From: Pyrinomonadaceae bacterium
Lineage (GTDB): Bacteria; Acidobacteriota; Blastocatellia; Pyrinomonadales; Pyrinomonadaceae
DNA length: 64,000 bases
Direction: 5' to 3'
Assembly (NCBI GenBank): GCA_050748205.1
Contig: JBOGOU010000513.1
Location: forward strand, 9,966 to 73,965
Position 1 is the stretch's first letter; each line of letters starts with the position of its first letter. Shown here piece by piece: positions 45,975 through 55,558 of the stretch. The position numbers and the translations under genes were made by a program. The notes below the pieces were generated by a model. It worked only from the letters and a program-made list of their open reading frames with translations. It was not told the origin of the DNA and made no database searches.

Positions 45975-48900
45975 TCACTCGACCGTGATCTCATCAACAA
46001 AGATCCACGCGGCGCCGCCGTTGCCCGGATGCCAGGAGGGTATTCTTCCGTAGGTGTGCGCTCGGATGCGGATGTAGCGCGCTTCTTGCGCCCCGATCGT
46101 TTGCGCGAATTCCCTGGTTACCACGCCGTACTGATTCTCAGGCACATCGTTTTCAATAGACGCAGCCGGCACGAAATCGCGACCATCAAGCGAGACTTCA
46201 AAATCAACGCGAGACGGCATCCAGATCCATGAACCAATGTCCTGCAAAAAGCCCGCCCCTAGCTTTGATACTTTTTCAGTCTTTCCTAAATCAACGAGAG
46301 CGACAAAGTCCTGGCCTTGATAACCCTGCCAACCACCACCACTCCAATTCGTAGTGCCGCGGATTCCGTCAATCAAAGCAAGGTCTCCGCCGCCTGTGTA
46401 CTGGGAGTTGTATCTTGAAATCAGCGTGATGGTCCAGTTGTGCGGTACTTTGTGATACCGGGCGGTGGAGATGAGACTGCGATGGCCGCGCGCATTAATC
46501 GCTATTGCTCTTACAACGGTGGTGTGATCGATGAAGAAAGGTTTCGTGAACCGGGAAGACCTTGCACTGGGCTCCGAGCCGTCCGTAGTGTAATGAATTT
46601 TCAGGCGAGCCTTCGCCTGCCTGCTGCCGCCTGCCTCTTGACGCCTGCCTCCTGCCGTCTGCCTCCTGCCACCTGCCTCCTGGATCGCAATCTCCAGACG
46701 GTCTTTAAAGGTCCGACTCGAGGCTTTGATCACAGGCACGAGAACGATCTGAGCCCCGCCAATGCGTGAGATGGGCACATCATTCTCACCAGACCCCCAC
46801 TCTGTATTGGGTTGCGCTCCCATTTCAAAAACCAGCATGCCGCCAGCCATCAGGTCGTTGTGCGTAAGGTAAGACTTGTTGTACCGCTTGCCGTTCAGCC
46901 TGGCCGACTGGATATAGATGTTCTGAGGCGAGGCGCCGCGAGCCTTAATGACAAACGACTTTCCATTCTCGAGATTGAATCGCAGTTCTGGAAATAGCGG
47001 ACTACCAATCGCGTAAATAGGCGAGCCGGGAGTTACCGGATAGATCCCCGCCGCGCTCAACACATACCACGCCGACATCTGCCCGCAATCCTCATTTCCG
47101 ATCAGACCATCAGGCGCCGGACTGTAGAACTTATCCATGATCTGTCTTACCCGCGCTTGCGTCTTCCAGGGCTGATTGACGTAGTTGTAGAGGTAAGCCA
47201 TATGATGGCTGGGTTCGTTGCCGTGCGCGTATTGTCCGATCATACCTGTAATGTCTGCTTGCTTCCTGCCGGTGGTATTACCTTCGGCGGCAAACAGCTT
47301 ATCTAACTTGGACGCAAACTGTTTCTTGCCGCCGAGCAACATAATGAGACCGCTGACGTCCTGGGGGGCAAAGAAGGAGTACTGCCAGGAATTGGCCTCT
47401 GTGAAATTGAAGTCAACTTCACGCGGATCAAACGGCGCGAGCCAGCCGCCGTTACTGCGAGGTCTCATGAAGCCGGACTCGGGATCGAAAACATTCTTGT
47501 AGAACTGGGCGCGAGCGATGTAGCGGTTGTAACCAGCGGCGTCACCGAGCATTCGAGCCATCTCTGCGACGCACCAGTCGTCATAAGCGTATTCGAGCGT
47601 CTTCGAGACCGACTCTTTTTCCTCCTCCATTCCTATGAAGCCGTGGTCCTTGTAGGCGGCCAGTCCCAAATGCTGCAAGTCGGCACTATGTTTCATGGCG
47701 CCCAACGCACGGTCACGATCAAAAGCGACTATTCCTTTCGCGGCAGCGTCCCAGATCACCGAAACGGCGTGATAACCGATCATCGTATCTGTCTCATTGG
47801 CTGCCAATTCCCAGACCGGGAGCCGGCCGCCGAACTCATACTGGGCCAGAAACGTCTTGATGAAATCCAAAGTGCGTTTCTGGTCGATCATGGTGTAGAG
47901 CGGGTGCGCCGCGCGGAACGTGTCCCAGAGAGAGAAGACAGTGTAGTTGTCAAAGCCTTCGGCTTTGTGAACCTTCAAGTCGCGCCCACGATATTGCCCG
48001 TCGACGTCCATGAAGAGATTAGGCGCAATCATCGAGTGGTAGAGGGCGGTGTAGAAGTTCTTGAGTTGCGCCTCCGTACCGCCAGTAACTGCTATTTTGC
48101 GGAGTTCGTTGGTCCACGCCTCAGAGGCGGCCGTTTTTGTCTTGTCGAAATCCCAGTGGTTAAGCTCGGCGTCCAGGTTCTTTCGCGCGCCTTCGATGCT
48201 GACGCCGGAAATTGCCACTTTGACGAGAATTTCGCCGCCATCATTGACGTCAAAACGAAAGAAAGCCTTGATGTTCTTGCCATGGGCCGCAGAGATTTCT
48301 GAAGACAGCTTGTCATCGATAGCAATGCCCCTGGAAAGGAAAGCGCGAGAAAACTCCGCGACGAAATAGACAGTTTGATCCTTGGCCCAGGCTTCCGACC
48401 TCCGGAAGCCCTCGATGCGTCTGTCACTGACAACGCGCAAGTATGAGTCGAGCACTTTGTCACGGTGTGTCAGATCGAGAATTACGTTGGCCCGATCAGT
48501 CTTGGGGAAAAAATAACGGTGGAAACCAACTCGATTGGTGGTCGTGAGTTCCACGAGGATGTTGTCATCTTCCAACCGAACACCATAAAAACCCGGTCGA
48601 GCGCTCTCATACACGTGGCTAAATAGCGAAGCGTATCCATTTTCGGTGCGTTCGCCATCCCTGGCGTAGAGATGAATATCTCCGACAGTCGGCATCAACA
48701 GAATATCGCCATAGTCCGAGATACCCGTGCCGCTCAGGTGTGTGTGACTAAACCCGTAAATTAGACGATCGGAATAATGGTACCCAGAACAACCATCCCA
48801 ACCTGTTAGCCGAGTATCAGGGCTGAGCTGCACCATCCCGAAAGGCATCGTCGCGCCGGGATATGTGTGACCGTGACCACCGGTGCCAACGAAAGGATCA

Positions 48901-48980
48901 ACATAGCTAGTTAGATTCTGCTGTGAGTAGACGCAATGGCTAAGGAATAGAATCAGGAACAGGCTGGTGACACATCTCAT
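45975..48980 (-). CDS. GH92-family alpha-mannosidase with C-terminal carbohydrate-binding/F5-8-type-C-like domains
   Basis: Signal peptide, then YVDPFVGTGGHGHTYPGATMPFGMVQLSPDT, GFSHTHLSGTG and HGNEPSHHMAYLY, all typical of GH92. The C-terminus has IHYTTDGSEPS and a discoidin-like end. Confidence 0.88.
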   Translation of the reverse strand: MRCVTSLFLILFLSHCVYSQQNLTSYVDPFVGTGGHGHTYPGATMPFGMVQLSPDTRLTGWDGCSGYHYSDRLIYGFSHTHLSGTGISDYGDILLMPTVGDIHLYARDGERTENGYASLFSHVYESARPGFYGVRLEDDNILVELTTTNRVGFHRYFFPKTDRANVILDLTHRDKVLDSYLRVVSDRRIEGFRRSEAWAKDQTVYFVAEFSRAFLSRGIAIDDKLSSEISAAHGKNIKAFFRFDVNDGGEILVKVAISGVSIEGARKNLDAELNHWDFDKTKTAASEAWTNELRKIAVTGGTEAQLKNFYTALYHSMIAPNLFMDVDGQYRGRDLKVHKAEGFDNYTVFSLWDTFRAAHPLYTMIDQKRTLDFIKTFLAQYEFGGRLPVWELAANETDTMIGYHAVSVIWDAAAKGIVAFDRDRALGAMKHSADLQHLGLAAYKDHGFIGMEEEKESVSKTLEYAYDDWCVAEMARMLGDAAGYNRYIARAQFYKNVFDPESGFMRPRSNGGWLAPFDPREVDFNFTEANSWQYSFFAPQDVSGLIMLLGGKKQFASKLDKLFAAEGNTTGRKQADITGMIGQYAHGNEPSHHMAYLYNYVNQPWKTQARVRQIMDKFYSPAPDGLIGNEDCGQMSAWYVLSAAGIYPVTPGSPIYAIGSPLFPELRFNLENGKSFVIKARGASPQNIYIQSARLNGKRYNKSYLTHNDLMAGGMLVFEMGAQPNTEWGSGENDVPISRIGGAQIVLVPVIKASSRTFKDRLEIAIQEAGGRRQTAGGRRQEAGGSRQAKARLKIHYTTDGSEPSARSSRFTKPFFIDHTTVVRAIAINARGHRSLISTARYHKVPHNWTITLISRYNSQYTGGGDLALIDGIRGTTNWSGGGWQGYQGQDFVALVDLGKTEKVSKLGAGFLQDIGSWIWMPSRVDFEVSLDGRDFVPAASIENDVPENQYGVVTREFAQTIGAQEARYIRIRAHTYGRIPSWHPGNGGAAWIFVDEITVE

Positions 48981-49089
48981 GCGATTGTCTATAGCACGTT
49001 CATGTCGACTCGCCGAAGTGGATTTGTAAGTCAGGAACGCAATCCAATATACACCAACAAAATTTCGTGTTGCATAACAATTCAGACTT

Positions 49090-49278
49090 AGGCAATTTGC
49101 AGGTGGGGAAGGTGGGCAAGCGAAGCGCGCCCCCGCTCCAGCGTAGAGTCGCTCGCTACAGAAACCGCTCGATTCAGGTTCGGTTAAGCTTTAGGAAAAC
49201 TGGAGTTGATGACGCTACGCTGGAGCGGGGGCGCGCTTCGCTTTGTCCACCTTCCCCAGCTGCAAATTTCCCTTGCCT
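49090..49278. repeat. Long inverted repeat (arms of about 55 bp, spacer of about 68 bp)
   Basis: 49090-49146 (aggcaatttgcaggtggggaaggtgggcaagcgaagcgcgcccccgctccagcgtag) pairs with 49215-49278. There are a few mismatches and 1 indel. Confidence 0.88.
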
Positions 49279-49469
49279 GAATAGTTGATGCAAAGTTGAG
49301 CGGCTTACGAATTACCGCTTTAAGGCGTAGAATACCCATGCTAACTGGGTACATCGCAACCTTTTGCGCAAGACGAGCATCGCATGGGCCGGTTCACCCC
49401 TCTCCCGCTTGCAAAAGCATCCGAGTATTGCTAAACCTCCGTATTGAAATGCTCCCTGGGAGAAAACAA

Positions 49470-50222
49470 ATGAAGAAGATTTCCTACGTTATTTTGGCTG
49501 TTGGCCTGGCCTTTGCCCTGGTTTTTCCGGCCATCGCCGATACAATCCGCTTGAAAGATGGAAGCGTCATTCGAGGTCAGGTGATTGGCTTTAAAGATCA
49601 GCAGTTCACCATCCTCATCGGCGCCGGAGCCAAAGGCCGGCGGAGCCGGACTACCATCTACGTGGAGGACATCGAATCCATCGAGTTTGATTCGGCAACT
49701 ACAGCCGCGGCTGCGGCCCTGGCAAATGAGGATATCGGCTCCTCGAACAATAGTGAGCCTGCCCGATCCAACCCTCAGGCGGACATAAACGTTAGCAACC
49801 CAAGGCCGACCGGCTCCCCAACTTCAGGAGGGGCCGCCACGTTTTTCACGATTAAGGTCGCCGTCCGGGCAGACAGCGCCAATAACGGTTGGACAAATAG
49901 TGGACTGGTGGTGCGCAAAGGACAGCGTTTACGAATTAGCTCTTCTGGTCGGGTATCTCTTGGCAGAGGACGCTTCTCGACGCCCGGCGGCCTTTCAACG
50001 ATTCCGGATACCGAGAAGCTCATGCGAAACGAGCCCACAGGCGCACTGATAGCAGTTGTTGGCGATGATAACGATGATTTTGTTCTGATTGGCACGAGGC
50101 GGGATTTCATCGCGCAGCGGGATGGCGTGCTTTTCCTTGGAGTTAACGAAGGGGATCTGAATGACAATACCGGAGCCTATGACGTAGTTATTGAGGCTGA
50201 GGCGGGCGGCTCACCGCGTTAA
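49470..50222 (+). CDS. Secreted protein; the C-terminal region resembles the PA-IL/LecA lectin fold (tentative)
   Basis: I moved the start to ATG 49470 (MKKISYVILAVGLAFALVFPAIA; GGGAGA SD 6 nt upstream). The C-terminus reads GWTNSGLVVRKGQRLRISSSG...GALIAVVGDDNDDFVLIG...GVLFLGVNEGDLNDNTGAYDVVI. Confidence 0.6.
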   Translation: MKKISYVILAVGLAFALVFPAIADTIRLKDGSVIRGQVIGFKDQQFTILIGAGAKGRRSRTTIYVEDIESIEFDSATTAAAAALANEDIGSSNNSEPARSNPQADINVSNPRPTGSPTSGGAATFFTIKVAVRADSANNGWTNSGLVVRKGQRLRISSSGRVSLGRGRFSTPGGLSTIPDTEKLMRNEPTGALIAVVGDDNDDFVLIGTRRDFIAQRDGVLFLGVNEGDLNDNTGAYDVVIEAEAGGSPR

Positions 50223-50350
50223 AGCGGCAACCTGCAGTTTGTTTGCCGGCATCAGACCTTTCAAATAAAGAGTCGAAGCTTGAGGTTGCCGATCGAGGGG
50301 AAAACAAGCTAAGGCGGGAACTCTAAACCGTCGCTCTGAAGGGTCTTATT

Positions 50351-51571
50351 ATGAAACTCTCCAAGTCGTATCATTACCTATTCGCTATTACTCTGGTGTT
50401 TGCTTTGCTCTTGGGAGCATCAATTCCGCTGGCATTTGCGCAGTCGCGTCGCCAGCCTCCGGCCACCAACCAGAAAAAGAACCCCAGACCCGGTGAGAAG
50501 GAACAACAGGGTGAAAAACAGCAGGAGCCGACACCGCCAGATTTGGTGGGCAAGCCGCAGGACGCTGAAAAGGTCACGATTACCACGCAAATCGTCAATG
50601 TTGATGTCGTGGTTTACCACAAGAAGAGCGGTCAGATCGTAACCGGCCTGAAAAAAGAGAACTTCGCGATTTTTTCCGACGGCAATCCGCAAGTTATTAC
50701 AAACTTTGCAACACCCGAAGCGCCCATCACCGTGGTAATGGTGCTGGAATACAGCAAGTGGTCGGAGGCGTTTGGATATTATGGCAGCGGCGGCTTCGAT
50801 CCCGGAACGTATGAAGTGCTGCGTCCTACCGCGTCGTTTCTTTCGCAGTTCATCAAACCACCCGACGACTACGTTTCTGTTGTGGCCTACGACATGCGCC
50901 CTACGCCCTTGACTGATTTCACAAATGATCCGAGACGGATCAATCAAGTGATCAATCTCTTACTCCGTAATACGCCTGCGTTTAGAGAGAGCAATCTGTT
51001 CGACGCTCTGAAGTTCGTGCTTGTCGGTGGGCGAGGCGATTCAGTGGTCCTGGAAGATTCCAAGTCGGAGAAGTCTGATTATGCCGGTCTGGTGACGGTG
51101 CAGGGACGAAGGCGGGCGGTGATACTCGTGTGCTCCGGAATCGATACGTTCAGTAAGATCAACTACGGCGATGCGCGTAAGATTCTACAAAATGCCGGTA
51201 TTCCGATCTACATCATCGGTACTGGCAATCTCTTCTACAAGAAGTATGAACACTTATTGGGCGCAACGGATGGTCTCACCGGCAGCCCCGGCAGGATGAC
51301 ATTTCTCCAGGCCCAGAATACTCTGAACACTTTCGCGAAAGAGACCGGCGGTGCTTACTTCCCTTACACGTTCGAAGGCGAGATTCCTAACATTCTTCAG
51401 TCGATCAACGGTTTGCTTCGCAGCCAATATAGCCTTGCTTTCAATCCCGGAGACGTCCGTGATGGCAAGCAGCACAAGCTCAAGGTAAGCGTTGATGTAA
51501 ACGGAGACGGAGTTTATGACGACAAGGAGTTTGTGATTCAAGCCCGATCGGTTTACAACGCACCTAAGTGA
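50351..51571 (+). CDS. VWA-domain protein (VWFA-related Acidobacterial domain type)
   Basis: Signal peptide, a low-complexity Q/P/E linker, then VNVDVVVYHKKSGQ..GLKKENF.IF.DG..Q.I..F and RRAVILVCSGIDTFS, IPIYIIGTG. Confidence 0.7.
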   Translation: MKLSKSYHYLFAITLVFALLLGASIPLAFAQSRRQPPATNQKKNPRPGEKEQQGEKQQEPTPPDLVGKPQDAEKVTITTQIVNVDVVVYHKKSGQIVTGLKKENFAIFSDGNPQVITNFATPEAPITVVMVLEYSKWSEAFGYYGSGGFDPGTYEVLRPTASFLSQFIKPPDDYVSVVAYDMRPTPLTDFTNDPRRINQVINLLLRNTPAFRESNLFDALKFVLVGGRGDSVVLEDSKSEKSDYAGLVTVQGRRRAVILVCSGIDTFSKINYGDARKILQNAGIPIYIIGTGNLFYKKYEHLLGATDGLTGSPGRMTFLQAQNTLNTFAKETGGAYFPYTFEGEIPNILQSINGLLRSQYSLAFNPGDVRDGKQHKLKVSVDVNGDGVYDDKEFVIQARSVYNAPK

Positions 51572-51580
51572 TAGAACGGA

Positions 51581-51701
51581 GAATTTCGGATTTCGGATTT
51601 CGGATTTCGGATTTCGAATTGCTCTCCTTTGTTCTACGTTTGCTCTCTTCTGCGAAAATCCGGGCAATGGTAGCAAATCCGAAATCCGAAATCCGAAATT
51701 C
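51581..51701. repeat. Heptad-zipper element, family A, between convergent genes
   Basis: The left arm is 51581-51620 (GGATTTC x4 flanked by GAATTTC/GAATT). The right arm is 51675-51701 (GAAATCC x2 then GAAATTC). Confidence 0.9.
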
Positions 51702-51702
51702 C

Positions 51703-53010
51703 TCAGACACCATGCAGCCGCAAACGAAACTCATCATTAAACGCATAGGTTTCGCTGCGTTTCCCTGAGAACAAACGGGACTCGCGCAACAGCATCGGCA
51801 ATCCCCCCGGGGTCAAATTCAGACCGTAGGCGGGACTGCAAAAGATTGCCGAGATCCGGGGGTTCAGTCTTTCCGGTAATCCATAGCGAATGGCTTTCTG
51901 CGCCAGCGGAGAAAACCCTGCAGTGCGACGTGGGTTAACTAATTCGATTGTGCGGTCAAAAATGTTCAGACGGGTGGGCTGATCCCTCAGCGCGAGATCG
52001 CGATGCACGAGCATATTGGCGACCGCCTCTCTCAACGAGTCGCGGTGATAGTTTGCGCGGGCCGCAACGGGACTTTCCTCTGTTCCTGCGCCGGGAAAAA
52101 CTCGCGGACGACTGTCCCACAGATCGCAGTAACGACTAATGAAACGAAGAATTGACTCGTAGAGCGTCGACAAGTTTCCGGTGAGCTTAACCCGTTCGAC
52201 CACGGCAGCTTGAATCGAATCGCCCGCGAAGCGGGTTGCCACTATGCTTGAGCGCGGCAGCAGTTCTTTTACTCTCTCGTCGTGTCCAAATAGAAGCAGG
52301 CCGGCCGTGGTAGGTACGATTTCATTTCCATCGCTGGTAGCCAGCAATAGATCGCGTTCAAGCACCTCCGCTGTTGGATACCCCGAAAGCGACGCTTCGT
52401 CGAATGCGTCTCCTGCAAATTCGCGCAAAAAGCTCCAAAGATGTGCCTCATCAATGTCTTTGATCGACGCGCCAATCACAGCGACACTCTCGAAGCGAAT
52501 CGGCCGAGCTTCATCAAGGAGCGCCGACAACTCTTCGCGAGAAGCCTCGCGCTTCTCAGCACCAATGCGCAGGTAGAAGCGTCCGTCACGGGTGCGGTAG
52601 GGCCGGCGTTTTCCTTCAACGTCAAGGGCCACTATGCGCCGGCCATTGTCAAACGCGATGCGATCGATAAATGGCACCATGGGCGGTTGAATTTCTTCAC
52701 GACAAATGCGCACGAGCTCCTGTTGCACGTTCTCAGCATCATCGACGCCTTCCACGCGCATCTGGTCATTCACTCCGAAGACAATTACACCCCCGCCCGT
52801 GTTCGCGAGGGCAACGATCTCCTGGGCAATCTTTTCAGTGTTTGAGAGCTTTACTTTGAGCTCGAGGAAAGTGTCTTCACCGCCCCGAATGAGCCGTAGC
52901 AACTCAACTCTTGATGTCTGCGGTGCGGGTGTAGAAAGGATGTACTCCTGGAAGGAGCGTTCCGTATTAGGTTCGTGCCGTTGGTTGCTGCGAAATCTTC
53001 TGCGAGCCAT
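51703..53010 (-). CDS. AlbA_2 (Schlafen-type) DNA-binding domain plus HATPase_c_4-like putative regulator
   Basis: GGEDTFLELKVKLSNTEKIAQEIVALANTGGGVIVFGVND is typical of AlbA_2. The C-terminus has LREAVANMLVHRD. Confidence 0.6.
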   Translation of the reverse strand: MARRRFRSNQRHEPNTERSFQEYILSTPAPQTSRVELLRLIRGGEDTFLELKVKLSNTEKIAQEIVALANTGGGVIVFGVNDQMRVEGVDDAENVQQELVRICREEIQPPMVPFIDRIAFDNGRRIVALDVEGKRRPYRTRDGRFYLRIGAEKREASREELSALLDEARPIRFESVAVIGASIKDIDEAHLWSFLREFAGDAFDEASLSGYPTAEVLERDLLLATSDGNEIVPTTAGLLLFGHDERVKELLPRSSIVATRFAGDSIQAAVVERVKLTGNLSTLYESILRFISRYCDLWDSRPRVFPGAGTEESPVAARANYHRDSLREAVANMLVHRDLALRDQPTRLNIFDRTIELVNPRRTAGFSPLAQKAIRYGLPERLNPRISAIFCSPAYGLNLTPGGLPMLLRESRLFSGKRSETYAFNDEFRLRLHGV

Positions 53011-53096
53011 TTGTGTATTGGCGGGGCCGCTCTCCTTTGCCCGCCCGGATGCCTGCTAGCGGCATCTCTGGAATAGATTCAGTCTGTGTTTCAACT

Positions 53097-53128
53097 CATA
53101 GGTCCAATAGGTCGTATAGGTCCTATAG
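53097..53128. repeat. 9-nt tandem repeat, family B
   Basis: cataggtccaataggtcgtataggtcctatag, 9 nt from the stop at 53138. Confidence 0.8.
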
Positions 53129-53137
53129 TTTTGCCAC

Positions 53138-54832
53138 TCAATCATCAGCCGGTTCGCGGACGGCTTCGAGGATGTCCACTTCGCGTCTTTGAAGTGCTTC
53201 TCCCTGGCCCGAGATCAACAAGAGATATGATCCAATAGCAAGCATTGCGAACAATGCCAGTGTAACATACTCGACAGCCAGGCTCCGGGTGAAGTAACCC
53301 GCCGTTACGGCAAGGAGCGGCGGAAGTGATAGTAGAATAAGCATAGGAATCAGCAGCAGTCCTACCACGCCTGACACGTTTAGGCGCTTGCCAAACTTCA
53401 TGCGCTTCGGAAAACGCACCGAAAGCCAATTGCCGAGCACCGACATTGTCGCCGCAAATGTGACGAAGTTAAGGGCCACGAACAGGATCGCTCGCAAGGT
53501 GAGGTCGCGGAATACGAGCTCGTTGATGATCAGCAGAGCGACTGAGAACGCCAGCGCAACCAGTGTTACGGCGAGGTTCTTACCAATTAGGATTCTGCGA
53601 CGATCGACCGGCGCGAGAATTAGTGAGCGCATGCCTCCCTCTTCGAAGGCAAACTGGTTACACGAGAGACCCGTAAGAATCAGAAAGACGTACAACACAC
53701 CCCCCGTGGCCATTAATCCTTCACCGTAGAATAGAAAATCACGCATGAATGAAGATGCTCTCCGTGGTACGTCGCCTGAGCCGGTCATTCGTTGACTGTT
53801 CACTATTCTGACAACAATGAGTATCAGTGGCATTAAGACCATCATGCGCAGTTGGGCGTTGCGCATTACATACCGCAGCTCTTTCTCAGCTATGGCCGAG
53901 AGCTGTGGGGAAAGTAATGGGAGTTGCCAACCGGTATAACCCTCGGCCCTGGAGTCTATCGTGACCGGCGCGCGCTTTCGCTTTGACCCGCCCTTTCCGA
54001 GCACCGACCGCAGAGCCGTCCAATATGTGGCGAAAACCAGGATCAGCGCATACGCGGTGAGCGTTAACACCGCGAGCGTGTACTCTGTCACCGCCCCTTC
54101 TTGTAAGCCGTTAGTTAGCGCGAATGCGGCTGCGCCCGGTGGAGTCCAACGGAGTCCTTTAAATGACTCGGCGTGTCTGAAGATTGCCGGTGCGAGTTGA
54201 CCTATCAAAGCGCCTCCGAGTCCGGCCACGACACCAATCAGCGCCAGTAAGGTCTCGCCGCGGCTTCGCTTACGGCGAAGGAGTGAGCCAAGTGAAAGCG
54301 ACAGCCATTTCGAAAGGGCTATTCCAAATGCGGCCGCTGGTACTGTTACCAGCAGCGCTAGCCCCAGGCGGCCGGTTCCCAGTCCCGCACCCAGACCGAT
54401 GGCTATGATTGCCGGAATGGCAAAGAGAGATTGCAGAGTGGTGATCTCGCTTATGAAGTCGATGGTAAAGAGCTTGCGCAGGCTTAGCGGATACATGAGC
54501 AAACGTCCCGGCTCGAATTGTCGGGTGGTGCCGACGCTAAGAGGCAGAGTCGCCCACATCAGATAACAAAACGCGAAGATGGAGAAGAAGATGAACTCCG
54601 CGGAGGGAATACCCCCAGCCTTCTCAGTTGCCTGGCTCGCACGAACGAGTACTCCCCGCGAATTCAGGGCGTAGGCGCCGACGCCCAGGGCCAGGGCGAT
54701 CACCAGAGCAAATGCCAGAGCCGCCAGCATTCCAAGGATGGAGGCAATCCGGTTAACCACGGCCTTCGTCGTTCGTAGCGAATTCCGAAACAGCCGCCAC
54801 TTGAGCCAGATTAGTGTGGTGAGTTGAGACAA
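53138..54832 (-). CDS. Multi-pass membrane protein, putative ABC-exporter-type permease with no adjacent ATPase
   Basis: 564 aa, TTG start. N-terminus LIWLKWRLFRNSLR and about 12 hydrophobic segments. The family call is weak. Confidence 0.5.
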   Translation of the reverse strand: MSQLTTLIWLKWRLFRNSLRTTKAVVNRIASILGMLAALAFALVIALALGVGAYALNSRGVLVRASQATEKAGGIPSAEFIFFSIFAFCYLMWATLPLSVGTTRQFEPGRLLMYPLSLRKLFTIDFISEITTLQSLFAIPAIIAIGLGAGLGTGRLGLALLVTVPAAAFGIALSKWLSLSLGSLLRRKRSRGETLLALIGVVAGLGGALIGQLAPAIFRHAESFKGLRWTPPGAAAFALTNGLQEGAVTEYTLAVLTLTAYALILVFATYWTALRSVLGKGGSKRKRAPVTIDSRAEGYTGWQLPLLSPQLSAIAEKELRYVMRNAQLRMMVLMPLILIVVRIVNSQRMTGSGDVPRRASSFMRDFLFYGEGLMATGGVLYVFLILTGLSCNQFAFEEGGMRSLILAPVDRRRILIGKNLAVTLVALAFSVALLIINELVFRDLTLRAILFVALNFVTFAATMSVLGNWLSVRFPKRMKFGKRLNVSGVVGLLLIPMLILLSLPPLLAVTAGYFTRSLAVEYVTLALFAMLAIGSYLLLISGQGEALQRREVDILEAVREPADD

Positions 54833-54842
54833 TTTTTAGCTA

Positions 54843-54967
54843 GTGCTTTGTACTTTGTGCTTTGACCTTTGTGCTCAGAATAATACCGAACGCAGTATAG
54901 AATGGCGACGGCTCGTTCGTACAAGTAACCAAGTTCCAAGTACAAAGCTCCAGGGTACAAAGCACAA
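54843..54967. repeat. Heptad-zipper element built from GTGCTTT / AAAGCAC-type heptads
   Basis: The left arm is 54843-54876 (gtgctttgtactttgtgctttgacctttgtgctc). The right arm is 54919-54967 (..gtacaaagctccagggtacaaagcacaaa) and ends at the folK ATG. Confidence 0.85.
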
Positions 54968-55465
54968 ATGGCCACTCCGCACATCTACGTCAGTCTCGGA
55001 TCAAATCTCGGCGACCGCGCGGGTTTTCTGGTGCTTGCGGTGCGCGGGATGCTCGCCGCAGGCCTCTGCGTCACGCGCCTTTCATCAATCTATGAGACTG
55101 AACCCGTTGACGTGACGAACCAGCCGCGCTTCCTCAACATGGTCGCTGAACTCCGCGGAGATATACCCTTTTCACCGGAACAGGTGATGGCACGACTGCT
55201 TCGCGTAGAGTATGCCCTGGGACGCACACGCGAAATCCCTATGGGTCCTCGAACGGTCGATCTCGATCTCCTGCTCTATGGCAAAGAGACCCGCTCAACT
55301 CAATTGGTAACCATCCCGCATCCACGTCTTCATTTGCGGCGTTTTGTGCTTGTCCCTTTGGCGGAACTGGCGCCAGAACTTACTCATCCCACGCTCCGAA
55401 AAACCGTGGCCAAGCTACTCGAACAAGTAGACGACAACTGTGCGGTCAGACGCTGGCAGCCTTAG
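54968..55465 (+). CDS. folK: 2-amino-4-hydroxy-6-hydroxymethyldihydropteridine diphosphokinase
   Basis: YVSLGSNLGDR...YETEPVD...QP.FLN...GPRTVDLDLLLYG...IPHPRLHLRRFVLVPL. Confidence 0.9.
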   Translation: MATPHIYVSLGSNLGDRAGFLVLAVRGMLAAGLCVTRLSSIYETEPVDVTNQPRFLNMVAELRGDIPFSPEQVMARLLRVEYALGRTREIPMGPRTVDLDLLLYGKETRSTQLVTIPHPRLHLRRFVLVPLAELAPELTHPTLRKTVAKLLEQVDDNCAVRRWQP

Positions 55466-55472
55466 TTCGGGA

Positions 55473-55558
55473 GTGGCACAGACTTTAGTCTGTGAATTCA
55501 ACGGGCGTCGGCCCGGAAGCGAAAAACAAAGCACATCACATGCTAAAGTCTGTGCCAC
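55473..55558. repeat. Family D-type termini around a different interior, copy 3
   Basis: It starts gtggcacagactttagtctgtg and ends ctaaagtctgtgccac. It sits just after the folK stop. Confidence 0.8.
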
